Source of the DNA: a virus | Lineage: Duplodnaviria; Caudoviricetes | IMG/VR virus record: IMGVR_UViG_3300025646_000058 | Coordinates: 1-52,478 of that record | Length of the DNA stretch: 52,478 bases | Strand: one strand, 5' to 3' | Shown here: in pieces, positions 28,494 to 37,737 of the stretch | How the letters are laid out: each line of letters opens with the position of its first letter | Position numbering within the stretch: position 1 is the first letter of the stretch | The notes under the pieces: generated by a model | The model's database searches: none | Told to the model about the DNA's origin: nothing | The model's input: the letters and a program-made list of their open reading frames with translations, nothing else | Translations under genes and position numbers: made by a program

Positions 28494-29081
28494 ATGAAAA
28501 CAATTGCAATCTATCAATTTTCGGAATTAAGCGAAAATGTAAAACAAAAAGTAGTAGAAAATTTTGATACTGAATTAATACATACAGATCATATTTATTA
28601 CGATGCTCAAGAAACGTTTAAACAGTTTAACGAAAATATAGCCTACAAGCTTAAATACATGGAAAATGAGGATATAACAGGTTTAAGGCTACATAAATGG
28701 ATATTAAACAATTTATATGATGATTTGTTTAAACCTAAATTTATTAATAGTATTAAAAAAATAATAAAACATAAAAGGTTAAAAAATAATTATTACAAAA
28801 ATGGCAATGTTTCAAGTTTTTACTATTCTGCTATAAATGTAAATAATTGTTGTGTGTTAACTGGCGTTTGTTATGATGAAGATATATTAAAACCTATGTA
28901 TCAATTTTTGAATAAACCGTACGATATAACATTTAGACAATTAATAAATGACTGCAAAGAAAATTTAGAGAAAAGCTTGCAAAGTGAATTAGATTATTTA
29001 ACAAGTGAGGAAGGTATTATAGATCATATATCTTGTAATGATTATATATTTACTGAAAATGGTAATATTGTCAATATTTAA
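28494..29081 (+). CDS. Conserved phage early protein
   Basis: YQFSELSE..K start, CVLTGVCYD, NDYIFTENG end; widespread family of unknown function. Confidence 0.75.
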   Translation: MKTIAIYQFSELSENVKQKVVENFDTELIHTDHIYYDAQETFKQFNENIAYKLKYMENEDITGLRLHKWILNNLYDDLFKPKFINSIKKIIKHKRLKNNYYKNGNVSSFYYSAINVNNCCVLTGVCYDEDILKPMYQFLNKPYDITFRQLINDCKENLEKSLQSELDYLTSEEGIIDHISCNDYIFTENGNIVNI

Positions 29082-29121
29082 AATTGTGCAAGCATAAAAA
29101 AGTAGTAACGAATTAAAAAAT

Positions 29122-29373
29122 ATGAACATGAAAAATTATAGTTTACAAACTTGCGAAAATGCAATAGATAAATATGTTAATGAATTAGGCGGATATTGTA
29201 CGCAAATATATGAGGGTACTTTAGGTTTAGGTTTTTTGATCCTGCATGATGCGCCTGGATATAAACACATATTAATTAAGGAATATTTTATAAATAGTTG
29301 GAATAGTGGACACAAAGTAACAAAATATAAAGTTTTGCCAAAAAAATATAGAAACTTAATAAATTCAATTTAA
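29122..29373 (+). CDS. Early hypothetical protein
   Basis: EGTLGLG..IKEYFINSWNSGH. Confidence 0.7.
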   Translation: MNMKNYSLQTCENAIDKYVNELGGYCTQIYEGTLGLGFLILHDAPGYKHILIKEYFINSWNSGHKVTKYKVLPKKYRNLINSI

Positions 29374-29393
29374 TAATTTTAAAACTAAAAAAC

Positions 29394-30683
29394 ATGAAAA
29401 ATTTAGAAAAGTTAGTAAACAAAAAAACTAAAGTGTTTAACGAAAAAAACGGTAGTGTAATATACCTTACGGATGATATTAAAGTCGTAACATTTGACAA
29501 TTTTAAAAATGTTAACGGTAAGTTAGTTAAAACCAATGAAATTGGTGATAAAGATATAGTTTTATCAAAATTAGAAAAGATACAAATAAAAAATAGTATT
29601 GATATAACAGAAGCCATAAAAACTAACCTTGAAAAAATAAAACAAGCAAGTAAATTTGTTGGTAAAGATGAGTTACGTCCCGTTATGAATTACGTTTATA
29701 TTGATAAAGGTGATGTTGTGGCTACTGATGCGCATATATTGGTCAAATATTCAAATTGTGTAGGCTTAGAGGGGGTAAATGATAAGTTTATACATCCAAA
29801 AGTAGTTAGCTTGTTAGAGGAAGCTAAAAGCATAAAATATGACTCCAGATTCATGTATGCAGAATTTAACGATTATTATTTAATTGCAACTGATAACGGT
29901 ATTGGTAAATACCCTAATTATAATGCAGTAATAATTAGAGATGAATTAATCGAAAATGCTGTAAATATTAATATTGATGAAAATTATAAAGATGCTTTAA
30001 ATTTTGTAAATAAAGTTACTAATCAATTTAGTATATACGATAATAAGGCAAAATATTACTTTGAGGAGGAAGGGCAAATTAAGGAATTTAATGTAAAAAA
30101 GGCAAATGTTAGTTTAAGTGAAAATTTAACTATAATGCTAATGCCTTTAATGCAAGATAAAAATTTACCTAACAATCATGATATATCGTTTAACGCTTTA
30201 AAACTTAAAAAAATAGCTGATACCTACAAAGTAAACAATCTTAATATTAATTATGCGAATAGCAATAAACCAATTTTAATAACATTTGAACAAATCGAAA
30301 AAACAAAAAAAGTAGTAACAAACAAACAAACAGATATGGAGGCAATAATAAAACAAATGGCAGAAAAAATTGCTCAACTTGAAGCGCAAATAAATAATCA
30401 AGTAGTAACCGAAACAGTTAAACAAGTTGAAACAGTTAAACAAGTTGAAACAGTTAAACAAGTTGAAACGGTTAAACCTAAAATTGAAATAGTTGATTAT
30501 AGCGAAAAGAGTATTATGGTATATGGTGACACTAAACTAATTAAAGATAAATTACTAAATGCTAATATAAACGCAAGGTTTAATCCTTTTCTAAAATTAA
30601 ACGGTATTAAAACGCCTGGCTGGATCATATCTAATAAACATAAAAGTGTTGTGGAGGCTATTATTTCAAATTGTGTAGCCTAA
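29394..30683 (+). CDS. Fusion protein: partial beta-sliding-clamp-like region, coiled coil, repeat linker and C-terminal YSEK domain
   Basis: KFVGKDELRPVMNYVY..VATDAHIL..GKYPNYNAVI resembles DnaN domains 2-3; C-terminal DYSEKSI..GDTK..RFNP..GWI. Confidence 0.65.
   Translation: MKNLEKLVNKKTKVFNEKNGSVIYLTDDIKVVTFDNFKNVNGKLVKTNEIGDKDIVLSKLEKIQIKNSIDITEAIKTNLEKIKQASKFVGKDELRPVMNYVYIDKGDVVATDAHILVKYSNCVGLEGVNDKFIHPKVVSLLEEAKSIKYDSRFMYAEFNDYYLIATDNGIGKYPNYNAVIIRDELIENAVNINIDENYKDALNFVNKVTNQFSIYDNKAKYYFEEEGQIKEFNVKKANVSLSENLTIMLMPLMQDKNLPNNHDISFNALKLKKIADTYKVNNLNINYANSNKPILITFEQIEKTKKVVTNKQTDMEAIIKQMAEKIAQLEAQINNQVVTETVKQVETVKQVETVKQVETVKPKIEIVDYSEKSIMVYGDTKLIKDKLLNANINARFNPFLKLNGIKTPGWIISNKHKSVVEAIISNCVA
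30411..30477 (+). repeat. 18-bp in-frame tandem repeat, ~3.7 copies (ETVKQV)
   Basis: GAAACAGTTAAACAAGTT x3 plus GAAACGGTTAAAC. Confidence 0.95.
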
Positions 30684-30725
30684 AAAAAAGTAAATAAATT
30701 ATAAACCAAATAAAAATTAAAAACT

Positions 30726-31268
30726 ATGAAAAAAATGATTTTAGCGTTTAAAATTGCTCGAGGTGGCAGATTTAATAATCAAGGATATTTATATTTTTTA
30801 GGTGATAAAGATATAAACGAATTTACAAATGATTTGTTCCTTGTTAATGAGGAATATTTAACAAGTAATGGCGATAAAGTAGGTTTAACCGAAGATGATT
30901 GTCAAAGTGGTATAGGTAAGATTGATATAGATGGTAATTATAACACTATTTACACAAAATACAGTGATGATCTAACAGAAAAGGAGTTTGAAGCTATATT
31001 AAGGGAAAAATTGTGGAATACTGATACTATTGTCGAAAATTCAAACTTTGCCCTAACTTGCCAAACTTTTAAAACTAATGCAAATATTTTTCAGGGCGAA
31101 AATGGAGCGTATAATTTAAGCCTTGAAGGTTTTGAGGAATATTCGCTGGATGAGGCAAAGGAATTTATTAAAAATGAATTGCCATTTACATTTTGCCCTA
31201 ATGATTTTGAAAAAAATGTATGGAGTAAATTGTCTATTGTTTTATCTAATGTTTATCATTTATCTTAA
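30726..31268 (+). CDS. Early hypothetical protein
   Basis: 180 aa ORF with A-rich leader. Confidence 0.7.
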   Translation: MKKMILAFKIARGGRFNNQGYLYFLGDKDINEFTNDLFLVNEEYLTSNGDKVGLTEDDCQSGIGKIDIDGNYNTIYTKYSDDLTEKEFEAILREKLWNTDTIVENSNFALTCQTFKTNANIFQGENGAYNLSLEGFEEYSLDEAKEFIKNELPFTFCPNDFEKNVWSKLSIVLSNVYHLS

Positions 31269-31279
31269 TTGTGCAAGCT

Positions 31280-31441
31280 ATGAACGAAAAAATACAAATT
31301 GCCTCCGTACAATGTGCGGAGGAATACCTAAACTTAACTATTGTTGAGTTGGAAACAGGGCAAAAAAGGGAAAAAATAAGATTTTTTTTGGATCTTGAAT
31401 TGCTTATACTTGAAGCGAATAAAAATATTAATTTGAATTAA
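31280..31441 (+). CDS. 53-aa hypothetical protein (MNEKIQIASVQCAEEYL...)
   Basis: Fills the gap between two genes; not in the ORF track. Confidence 0.5.
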   Translation: MNEKIQIASVQCAEEYLNLTIVELETGQKREKIRFFLDLELLILEANKNINLN

Positions 31442-31478
31442 TTAAATAAAATAGTATTAACATTTAAAATTTAGAAAC

Positions 31479-32144
31479 ATGAAAAAGTATGCAGAATTAA
31501 CACAAACAGACAGAGTAACATTAGATTTTTTAGGATTAAAAACCTTAGATCAAGCAAATGAAAATTCAAGTCATAACGAATATAGTAAAAAATATGCCTT
31601 AGAGGAATTAGAGTTTTTACAAACAAATTTTAAAAACTATGTTTCAACAATAGTTTATTGTAAAGCTACTGAATTAGAGTGTAATTTTTTAGATAATATT
31701 CAAGCTTGTTTAATTGTTGATGGTTATATTTTAAGCGTATATATTTATAAGGGGAAAGTTCATTTATCACCTCATTACAAATATTTTTGGTTAACTAAAA
31801 ATATTAATTTTAATGAACCTGAACCAAACAAAATTGGCGTTTTTAGCGATAAAAAGATAAATGACTGGATAAATTATTGTAAAGCTAAAATTGATTATTT
31901 AATAAAACAAAATGCAAAGGATATTATTCATACTGCTAAAATAGAGAAGGAAACGGTTTTGTTTTTGAAAAAATTAAATAAGTATTTAACGCATGATAAT
32001 GGTGATTCAAAACACTATAAAATTGGCGGATTGATAGATATTTATTTCAAAAAAGATAATACAGTAACCGAAGCTAAATATCAATTTAATGTTAGCATGA
32101 GTAATAACAGTAATGTATTAGAGTTGTTGAGTATATTAAAATAA
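31479..32144 (+). CDS. Early hypothetical protein
   Basis: 221 aa ORF with a degenerate copy of the repeated leader. Confidence 0.7.
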   Translation: MKKYAELTQTDRVTLDFLGLKTLDQANENSSHNEYSKKYALEELEFLQTNFKNYVSTIVYCKATELECNFLDNIQACLIVDGYILSVYIYKGKVHLSPHYKYFWLTKNINFNEPEPNKIGVFSDKKINDWINYCKAKIDYLIKQNAKDIIHTAKIEKETVLFLKKLNKYLTHDNGDSKHYKIGGLIDIYFKKDNTVTEAKYQFNVSMSNNSNVLELLSILK

Positions 32145-32148
32145 TTAA

Positions 32149-32186
32149 AATTGTGTAGCCTTCTGAATTAAGGAGGTTACACAATT
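32149..32186 (+). repeat. 16-bp hairpin built from two inverted motif copies
   Basis: AATTGTGTAGCCTTCT-GAATTA-AGGAGGTTACACAATT, two G-U pairs. Confidence 0.85.
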
Positions 32187-32203
32187 AACTAAAATCTTAA
32201 ACA

Positions 32204-32386
32204 ATGGTAAAGGGTAATTTTTATAACAAGGAATATGTTAGTATCCAAATGGATTATTTAAAGGTAGTAAATTGTGTACTATCCTGCATTAATCAAATAC
32301 AATTGGATAATGCGAATAAACTAAAGGAATTTTTTAAACAAAAACATAAAAGTAATATGTTTTATAAGGATTTTAATTTTGAATAA
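32204..32386 (+). CDS. Early hypothetical protein
   Basis: Last ORF before the terminator. Confidence 0.6.
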   Translation: MVKGNFYNKEYVSIQMDYLKVVNCVLSCINQIQLDNANKLKEFFKQKHKSNMFYKDFNFE

Positions 32387-32407
32387 TTAAATTGTGTATC
32401 CATAACC

Positions 32408-32441
32408 AAAAGCCTAGCTATTAATTTAGTTAGGCTTTTTT
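32408..32441 (+). terminator. Rho-independent terminator ending the early array
   Basis: AAAAGCCTAGCTA-TTAATT-TAGTTAGGCTTTTTT. Confidence 0.85.
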
Positions 32442-32758
32442 ATTTGTTTTAAGCCATTATCTTTTTGTAAATGGTATAAGTATATCAAAACGATATAAAA
32501 GTTTGTTAGGATTAAAATAAATAGCTTATAATTTAATTGTAGTAGTGTTTTTATATACGCTTTTTTATCCTGGAGCTGGATTTTTTGTGTTTCATTTATT
32601 TTTATGCGAATAAATAAGTAGCTCCCGAACCTTAAAAAAAAACCGATTAACAAATCACCTTAATCAAAAGGAACTCATTAATCGGTTAAAACTATGCCCA
32701 AAACAGAATGCAAATATAAAGTGTTTTTTGATTAAAAACAAAAAAAAATGAGGTTTTA

Positions 32759-32790
32759 TTTGTTTATCCAAAGTAAAATAAGTAGTTTTG
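32759..32790 (+). promoter_or_regulatory. Promoter TTTG-N20-TAGTTTTG
   Basis: Bacteroidota consensus upstream of 32946. Confidence 0.65.
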
Positions 32791-32945
32791 CAATTGTAAG
32801 TTTAAAAATTGATTGTATTAATTAGTTTTTAATTGTTTTATTGTCTTGTTTAGATGTTAGGGCATTGAGTTGCTACTTTGCCCGAAGCATCATTTTTTAA
32901 AACAGGAAATAAAAACTTACAACACAAGATAATAAAACGTAAACT

Positions 32946-34220
32946 ATGATTAATACCTATGAGTGTGTTAGTAAACCACAAGTAAAAGATACTATTCCTA
33001 TTCAAGTTTGGCTTGACCAAATTAAAAAATCAAAGTATTCAGATTTAATTATTAGCGCAAGAAACGGTATTACGTGCTACGATACAGTTAAAAAGATTTT
33101 ACCTTGTACTACGTTTAACTTTTTATTTAAAGGATTTAAAAACGATAAAAATATAATTAAACCTACTGGATTTATATATATTGATGTAGATAGTAAAGAT
33201 TTTAATATTAATACCATTAACAAAAAAAAGGTATTTTCTTACTACAAATCATTTGGAGGTAAAGGTTATGCGATTATAGTTAAGGTAAAAAATATTGATA
33301 TAAACAACTTTAAAGAAACTTATATTGGTATCTGTAAAGATTTGAACATAATTGATTTTATAGATATTAACGCTATTAAAAAAACACAATACAATATATT
33401 ATCCTACGATGAGGATATTTACATTAACCTAGATAGTGAGGAATTTAACAGTAATAATTATACTTTAAGTGATACTAACTTAGCACCCACTAAATTGGTA
33501 AAAGAAAAAAAAGATCCATTACAGTCCCTATTACATAAAAAAGAAGAAGATAAAAGAGTATATAGAACCGTAATGGGACTAAAATTAGGTAGGAACAAAA
33601 AAAAGGGATTTCAGAAAATTAGATACAATAATATAGATGAGTTATCAAAAAAAGAAACAGAAGGAATATCGTACAAAATAGATTGGGAAGGTTATGATTA
33701 TGTAGAGTGTTATGTTCCAAAAAAAAAGATATTAAAAGGTAATAGAAATAACAGCTTATTAAGTTATATAAATAATCTCGTATGGCTTAATCCCGAATTA
33801 TCAATCAACTTAACTATAAAAATAATTTCCAATGTAAATACAGTTATGTTTGTAGAACCATTAAGTAAAAATGAAATATTTAATGCAGTAAAATCTGTTT
33901 TTGAGTACAAAAATAACGGATTATTGAAACCTATATACTCAAAAAGAAAGCGTAAATTTTTATTTAACTCCGATTCAGGATATAGTATGAAAGATAAGTT
34001 AGAAATAGTAGCATCAGAAGTAAATAAAAAAAGAGTTGATAACAGTAAACAGAAAATTTACTCATTTATAGAAAATTGGGATTTTAAAAAAGAAGGTAAA
34101 ATATCACAAGTATCATTACAAAAAGTATCGAGTATGAATATAAAAACAATAAAGAAGTATTACCCACAATTCAAACAATACATATCAGAATTAAACCAAC
34201 AATATAAACAAAATCTATAA
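32946..34220 (+). CDS. BT4734/VirE-N-like primase-domain protein with PriCT-like region and C-terminal HTH
   Basis: KKILPC.TF, TGFIYIDVD, KSFGGKG; GNRNNSL; ISQVSLQKVSSMNIKTIKKYY. Confidence 0.7.
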   Translation: MINTYECVSKPQVKDTIPIQVWLDQIKKSKYSDLIISARNGITCYDTVKKILPCTTFNFLFKGFKNDKNIIKPTGFIYIDVDSKDFNINTINKKKVFSYYKSFGGKGYAIIVKVKNIDINNFKETYIGICKDLNIIDFIDINAIKKTQYNILSYDEDIYINLDSEEFNSNNYTLSDTNLAPTKLVKEKKDPLQSLLHKKEEDKRVYRTVMGLKLGRNKKKGFQKIRYNNIDELSKKETEGISYKIDWEGYDYVECYVPKKKILKGNRNNSLLSYINNLVWLNPELSINLTIKIISNVNTVMFVEPLSKNEIFNAVKSVFEYKNNGLLKPIYSKRKRKFLFNSDSGYSMKDKLEIVASEVNKKRVDNSKQKIYSFIENWDFKKEGKISQVSLQKVSSMNIKTIKKYYPQFKQYISELNQQYKQNL

Positions 34221-34256
34221 AAACGCTGCACAATATAGATAAAAAATTATTTGAAA

Positions 34257-34289
34257 TTTGGAATAAATAATAAAAAGTATATATCTTTG
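34257..34289 (+). promoter_or_regulatory. Promoter TTTG-N21-TATCTTTG
   Basis: Full consensus upstream of 34305. Confidence 0.7.
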
Positions 34290-34304
34290 AAAAAAAGTTA
34301 GGCA

Positions 34305-34568
34305 ATGATAAGTAAAAAGTTAAACATATTACAAAATGTATTTAAGGTAAAGGATAGATATTTCCTACTTCAAGATTATACATTTGCTTATTGTTTAAAA
34401 ACAGGTAAGAAGTACGAAGGCAACGTTTACAAGACTTTTTTAGATAGTAGATTGTTATCAGGTAATAATGCTACTGATATAATCGAAATAGAACAGAACC
34501 AGGAATATTATGATGGTATATTGGGGATGTATTATTCGATTTTAAATTGTGTAACCAACTTAATTTAA
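34305..34568 (+). CDS. Hypothetical protein
   Basis: ORF after a promoter. Confidence 0.6.
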   Translation: MISKKLNILQNVFKVKDRYFLLQDYTFAYCLKTGKKYEGNVYKTFLDSRLLSGNNATDIIEIEQNQEYYDGILGMYYSILNCVTNLI

Positions 34569-34575
34569 TATAATC

Positions 34576-34893
34576 ATGAAGAAAAAAATCCAGGAAACAG
34601 AAGTTTACAAAAAGTACATTCAATTAATGAGTTACGGATTTGATTGCACAATTGAAAAAAGCGTTAATCTACTTTACTCACCAAAGGAATATGTAGCTTT
34701 ATTTGTAAATAACCCTAAACAATTATTAACATTATCGCTACACGCAGGAAACTTTGAAATTATATTGTGTAAGATGCACAATACGGATAGAGTATATGAA
34801 GTGAGGATGCCAGTACACAATTTGGATTGGGCAGAACAAATAGATTTTGAAGGATTTAATCCTCCTGCTTTATTACCTGATAAAAATGCGTAA
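34576..34893 (+). CDS. Hypothetical protein
   Basis: Operonic ORF. Confidence 0.65.
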   Translation: MKKKIQETEVYKKYIQLMSYGFDCTIEKSVNLLYSPKEYVALFVNNPKQLLTLSLHAGNFEIILCKMHNTDRVYEVRMPVHNLDWAEQIDFEGFNPPALLPDKNA

Positions 34894-34929
34894 ATCAAAT
34901 AAAAATCAATAACCTTAAATTTAATTAAA

Positions 34930-35418
34930 ATGAAAAAATTATTTATCTCATTATCATCATTAGTATTATTATCTTGTTCAACAACAACTGTAACAGAAGA
35001 AACTGTAGTAGTAGATCCTTACTTTAAAAAAGCTTATTTCAGTAATGAATTTGGTACAATAGACTCTACACAATTTGGATATTTAGCAATTGAAGATGGA
35101 ATATATAGAACTGATACAGATTATGAATTAAAAGTAAAAATTGCGTATAGTCCAGCAGATAGTTTATTAGCTTTTACGTTTTATGAACATGGTGAGTATG
35201 AAGCACAATTTGAAGAAAATGTATTTGTAGAATTAAAAATAGAAAATGAAGAAACTGTAAAGTTAATGACATTTGATAATGTTTGTTATGATAATAGAGT
35301 TTTAACAAAACTATTAAAATCTACAAATAAAGAAGTTTTAAAATGTAAAGTGTATTTAGATTATGGAAATTATAACTTTACTTTAAACGTAAATGAGTTT
35401 AAAAAAATATTAAAGTAA
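34930..35418 (+). CDS. Lipoprotein
   Basis: MKKLFISLSSLVLLSC lipobox signal. Confidence 0.75.
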   Translation: MKKLFISLSSLVLLSCSTTTVTEETVVVDPYFKKAYFSNEFGTIDSTQFGYLAIEDGIYRTDTDYELKVKIAYSPADSLLAFTFYEHGEYEAQFEENVFVELKIENEETVKLMTFDNVCYDNRVLTKLLKSTNKEVLKCKVYLDYGNYNFTLNVNEFKKILK

Positions 35419-35522
35419 TTAAAATAATGTAGCTAAGAGAAAGTTCAGGAAGCTTAGCATAAGTTAATTCCTGGTAATTGATTAACCTATAAACAAACAT
35501 TATTTTATATTAATTAAAATAT

Positions 35523-35703
35523 AAACTCTTCAATGCTAATGGAGAAGCAAGTGAACCAGTGGAAAACATACAATTAAACCACCAGATATTTCACAACACA
35601 ACCAAGAGTGTTAGCTTTGAAGTTAGACTATCATAAATTAAATATGTAGCGACAGCAGAAATGACTAACTGCGATAGGTCAACTTGGGGACATTGAAGAG
35701 TTT
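35523..35703 (+). ncRNA. Candidate structured ncRNA (or MITE-like insertion)
   Basis: Perfect 13-bp closing stem AAACTCTTCAATG/CATTGAAGAGTTT enclosing several short hairpins. Confidence 0.5.
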
Positions 35704-35746
35704 TTTAAATTATATAAGGCATTAAAAACTATTTATTTGAATAATT

Positions 35747-36139
35747 ATGATAGATATATTTATATTTTTAGCAATAATAACTCCATTAATAGTATTGCTA
35801 GAACGCAGAAATAAACAAGTTAAATCTTTAATGATAGAAAACCAAATATTAAAACACGATGCCCCTAGTAGAATAGTTGATACTTATCGGATAAAAGTCT
35901 CAGAAGATAATCTTAAAGCTACAATAGAATGTGGAGCTTATCCTAAAGGAATGAAGATTATATTTTTTACTAAATCGGATAATGAAACGTTAGGTACGTA
36001 TGATTTAACTTTAAAAGAATTATTAAATATTTTACAAGAGCATAATAATAAAAATAATTTTCATGGCTATTGTTCAAAAGAAACAGTAGAAGGTAAGAGA
36101 TGTAAATATATTTGTGATAAACCTGAATGTGGTTGGTAA
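35747..36139 (+). CDS. Membrane-anchored hypothetical protein
   Basis: N-terminal TM helix; Cys-rich C-terminus. Confidence 0.65.
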   Translation: MIDIFIFLAIITPLIVLLERRNKQVKSLMIENQILKHDAPSRIVDTYRIKVSEDNLKATIECGAYPKGMKIIFFTKSDNETLGTYDLTLKELLNILQEHNNKNNFHGYCSKETVEGKRCKYICDKPECGW

Positions 36140-36159
36140 AAATTAAAATAGAATAAATA

Positions 36160-36372
36160 ATGAAATTAATTTACTTACTAATACTTCCAAGCCTAGCCTT
36201 TGCACCATCTAACAATATACAAATAAAGCAAAGGTTTGACTATGCCGAATATTTAAGGCAAAAAATAAATTGTATTTTGGAGCTGGAAGATGGATCTAAT
36301 TATTGGGAGTTTAAAAACAAGACAAAGGATAAAGAATTATTAATTAAAAAATATTTAGAGAGATGGAAATAA
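36160..36372 (+). CDS. Hypothetical exported protein
   Basis: Signal-peptide-like N-terminus. Confidence 0.55.
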   Translation: MKLIYLLILPSLAFAPSNNIQIKQRFDYAEYLRQKINCILELEDGSNYWEFKNKTKDKELLIKKYLERWK

Positions 36373-36605
36373 AAGACTTAAAACAGCCATACAAAGAAAA
36401 TAGCAAAAGATACTTTATAGTTTCTTATTCAGGTAAAATTAATTCAAACATCTTTGTAGGTTTTACTGATTTTTCAACAGACGGATGTTTTTTAAATCTT
36501 AAAACAACAGTTGATTATATAAAAGAAAAACAAGGAATAAAAGAATGCGTTATTACCAACATAATGGAAATAAGCGAACAAGATTTTAATGATTGGAATA
36601 ATTAA
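36363..36605 (+). CDS. Hypothetical protein
   Basis: Overlapping operonic ORF. Confidence 0.65.
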   Translation: MEIKDLKQPYKENSKRYFIVSYSGKINSNIFVGFTDFSTDGCFLNLKTTVDYIKEKQGIKECVITNIMEISEQDFNDWNN

Positions 36606-36626
36606 ATTTAAAAAAACACTAAGAAA

Positions 36627-36980
36627 ATGAAACTAACTAAAGAGCAAAGAGATAACATAACCAAACTAAGTGCTTTATGTTCAATTCAAACACTTATGTT
36701 TAGCGGTTGCAAGGCTGATATTATAGCTATGAACACCCATACTTTAAAGCAAAGTTACAAATACGATACTTTATCAAAACCTAACAAAAAAGTAGTTGAT
36801 AAGAAAATAGCAGAAGCGGTTAAGGGGTTAAGTCTAACTATTGAAACGGTTATAAAGGTAAACGCAAGGATTGAAACATCAATGCGAAACACTTTAGGCG
36901 ATGAAGTTGTTGATGCTTTGATTGATGAGATAGATTTAGCATTAGATAAAGTTGAACTTGATAAATATTTGAAAAATTAA
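36627..36980 (+). CDS. Hypothetical protein
   Basis: 117 aa ORF; its 3' end is duplicated downstream. Confidence 0.65.
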   Translation: MKLTKEQRDNITKLSALCSIQTLMFSGCKADIIAMNTHTLKQSYKYDTLSKPNKKVVDKKIAEAVKGLSLTIETVIKVNARIETSMRNTLGDEVVDALIDEIDLALDKVELDKYLKN

Positions 36981-37737
36981 AATAAAGTAAAATGAACAAA
37001 ATATTTAATGACAACGCAATAGCAATAATGGACAGGATGATTGCTAAAAACTATAAAGTTGATTTAATTGTAACAGACCCTCCATATAAAATTACGGCAA
37101 GGGGTAATGGTGGAAATAGTGGGGGTATGTTTCAAAAGAAAGAAGTTAATAACGGTAAAATATTTAAAACTAATGATTTAGAAATTGAAGATTGGTTGCC
37201 GAGATTTTACAATATACTTAAAGATAATTCACATTGTTATATTATGACAAACAATAAGAATATAACAAATTACTTAAAAGTTATTGATACCATGTATTTT
37301 AATGGAGATAAAAAACAAAAATTTCATTTCATTAAAAATCTTATATGGGTAAAGGATAATAAAATAATGGGGCAAACCTATATGTCACAATTTGAATATG
37401 TAATTATGCTAAGAAAAGGAGAGCATAAAAAGATAAATGATTGCGGTACTTCTGATGTTTTGCAATTCCCTAATAAAAAGATGAAAGGAGAAGACGGAAA
37501 AACAATTCACGATACCGAAAAACCTATCGACTTAATGAAAGTTTTAATTCAAAATTCATCAAACGAAAATGATATTATTTTTGAGCCTTTTATGGGTATT
37601 GGAGCAACTTGTATTGCTAGTTTATTATCAAACAGACAATATATTGGCGTTGAACTTGATGAACACTATTTCAAAATTTCAGAAGAACGATTAAAAAAAG
37701 CACTTGATAAAGTTGAATTAGATAAATATTTGAAAAA
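36938..37737 (+). repeat. 39-bp direct repeat pair bracketing the MTase gene
   Basis: 36938-36976 and 37699-37737, 35/39 identical, both encode ALDKVELDKYLK. Confidence 0.9.

Noticed and set aside
32426-32653. 75-aa minus-strand ORF
   Set aside because: Non-ATG start, runs into the terminator, no recognisable motif; a minus-strand -7 element at 32711 means an antisense transcript cannot be excluded
35422-35445. AAUGUAGCUAA resembling the SAM-II riboswitch 3' end or a twister start
   Set aside because: The upstream SAM-II stem and the downstream twister core are both absent
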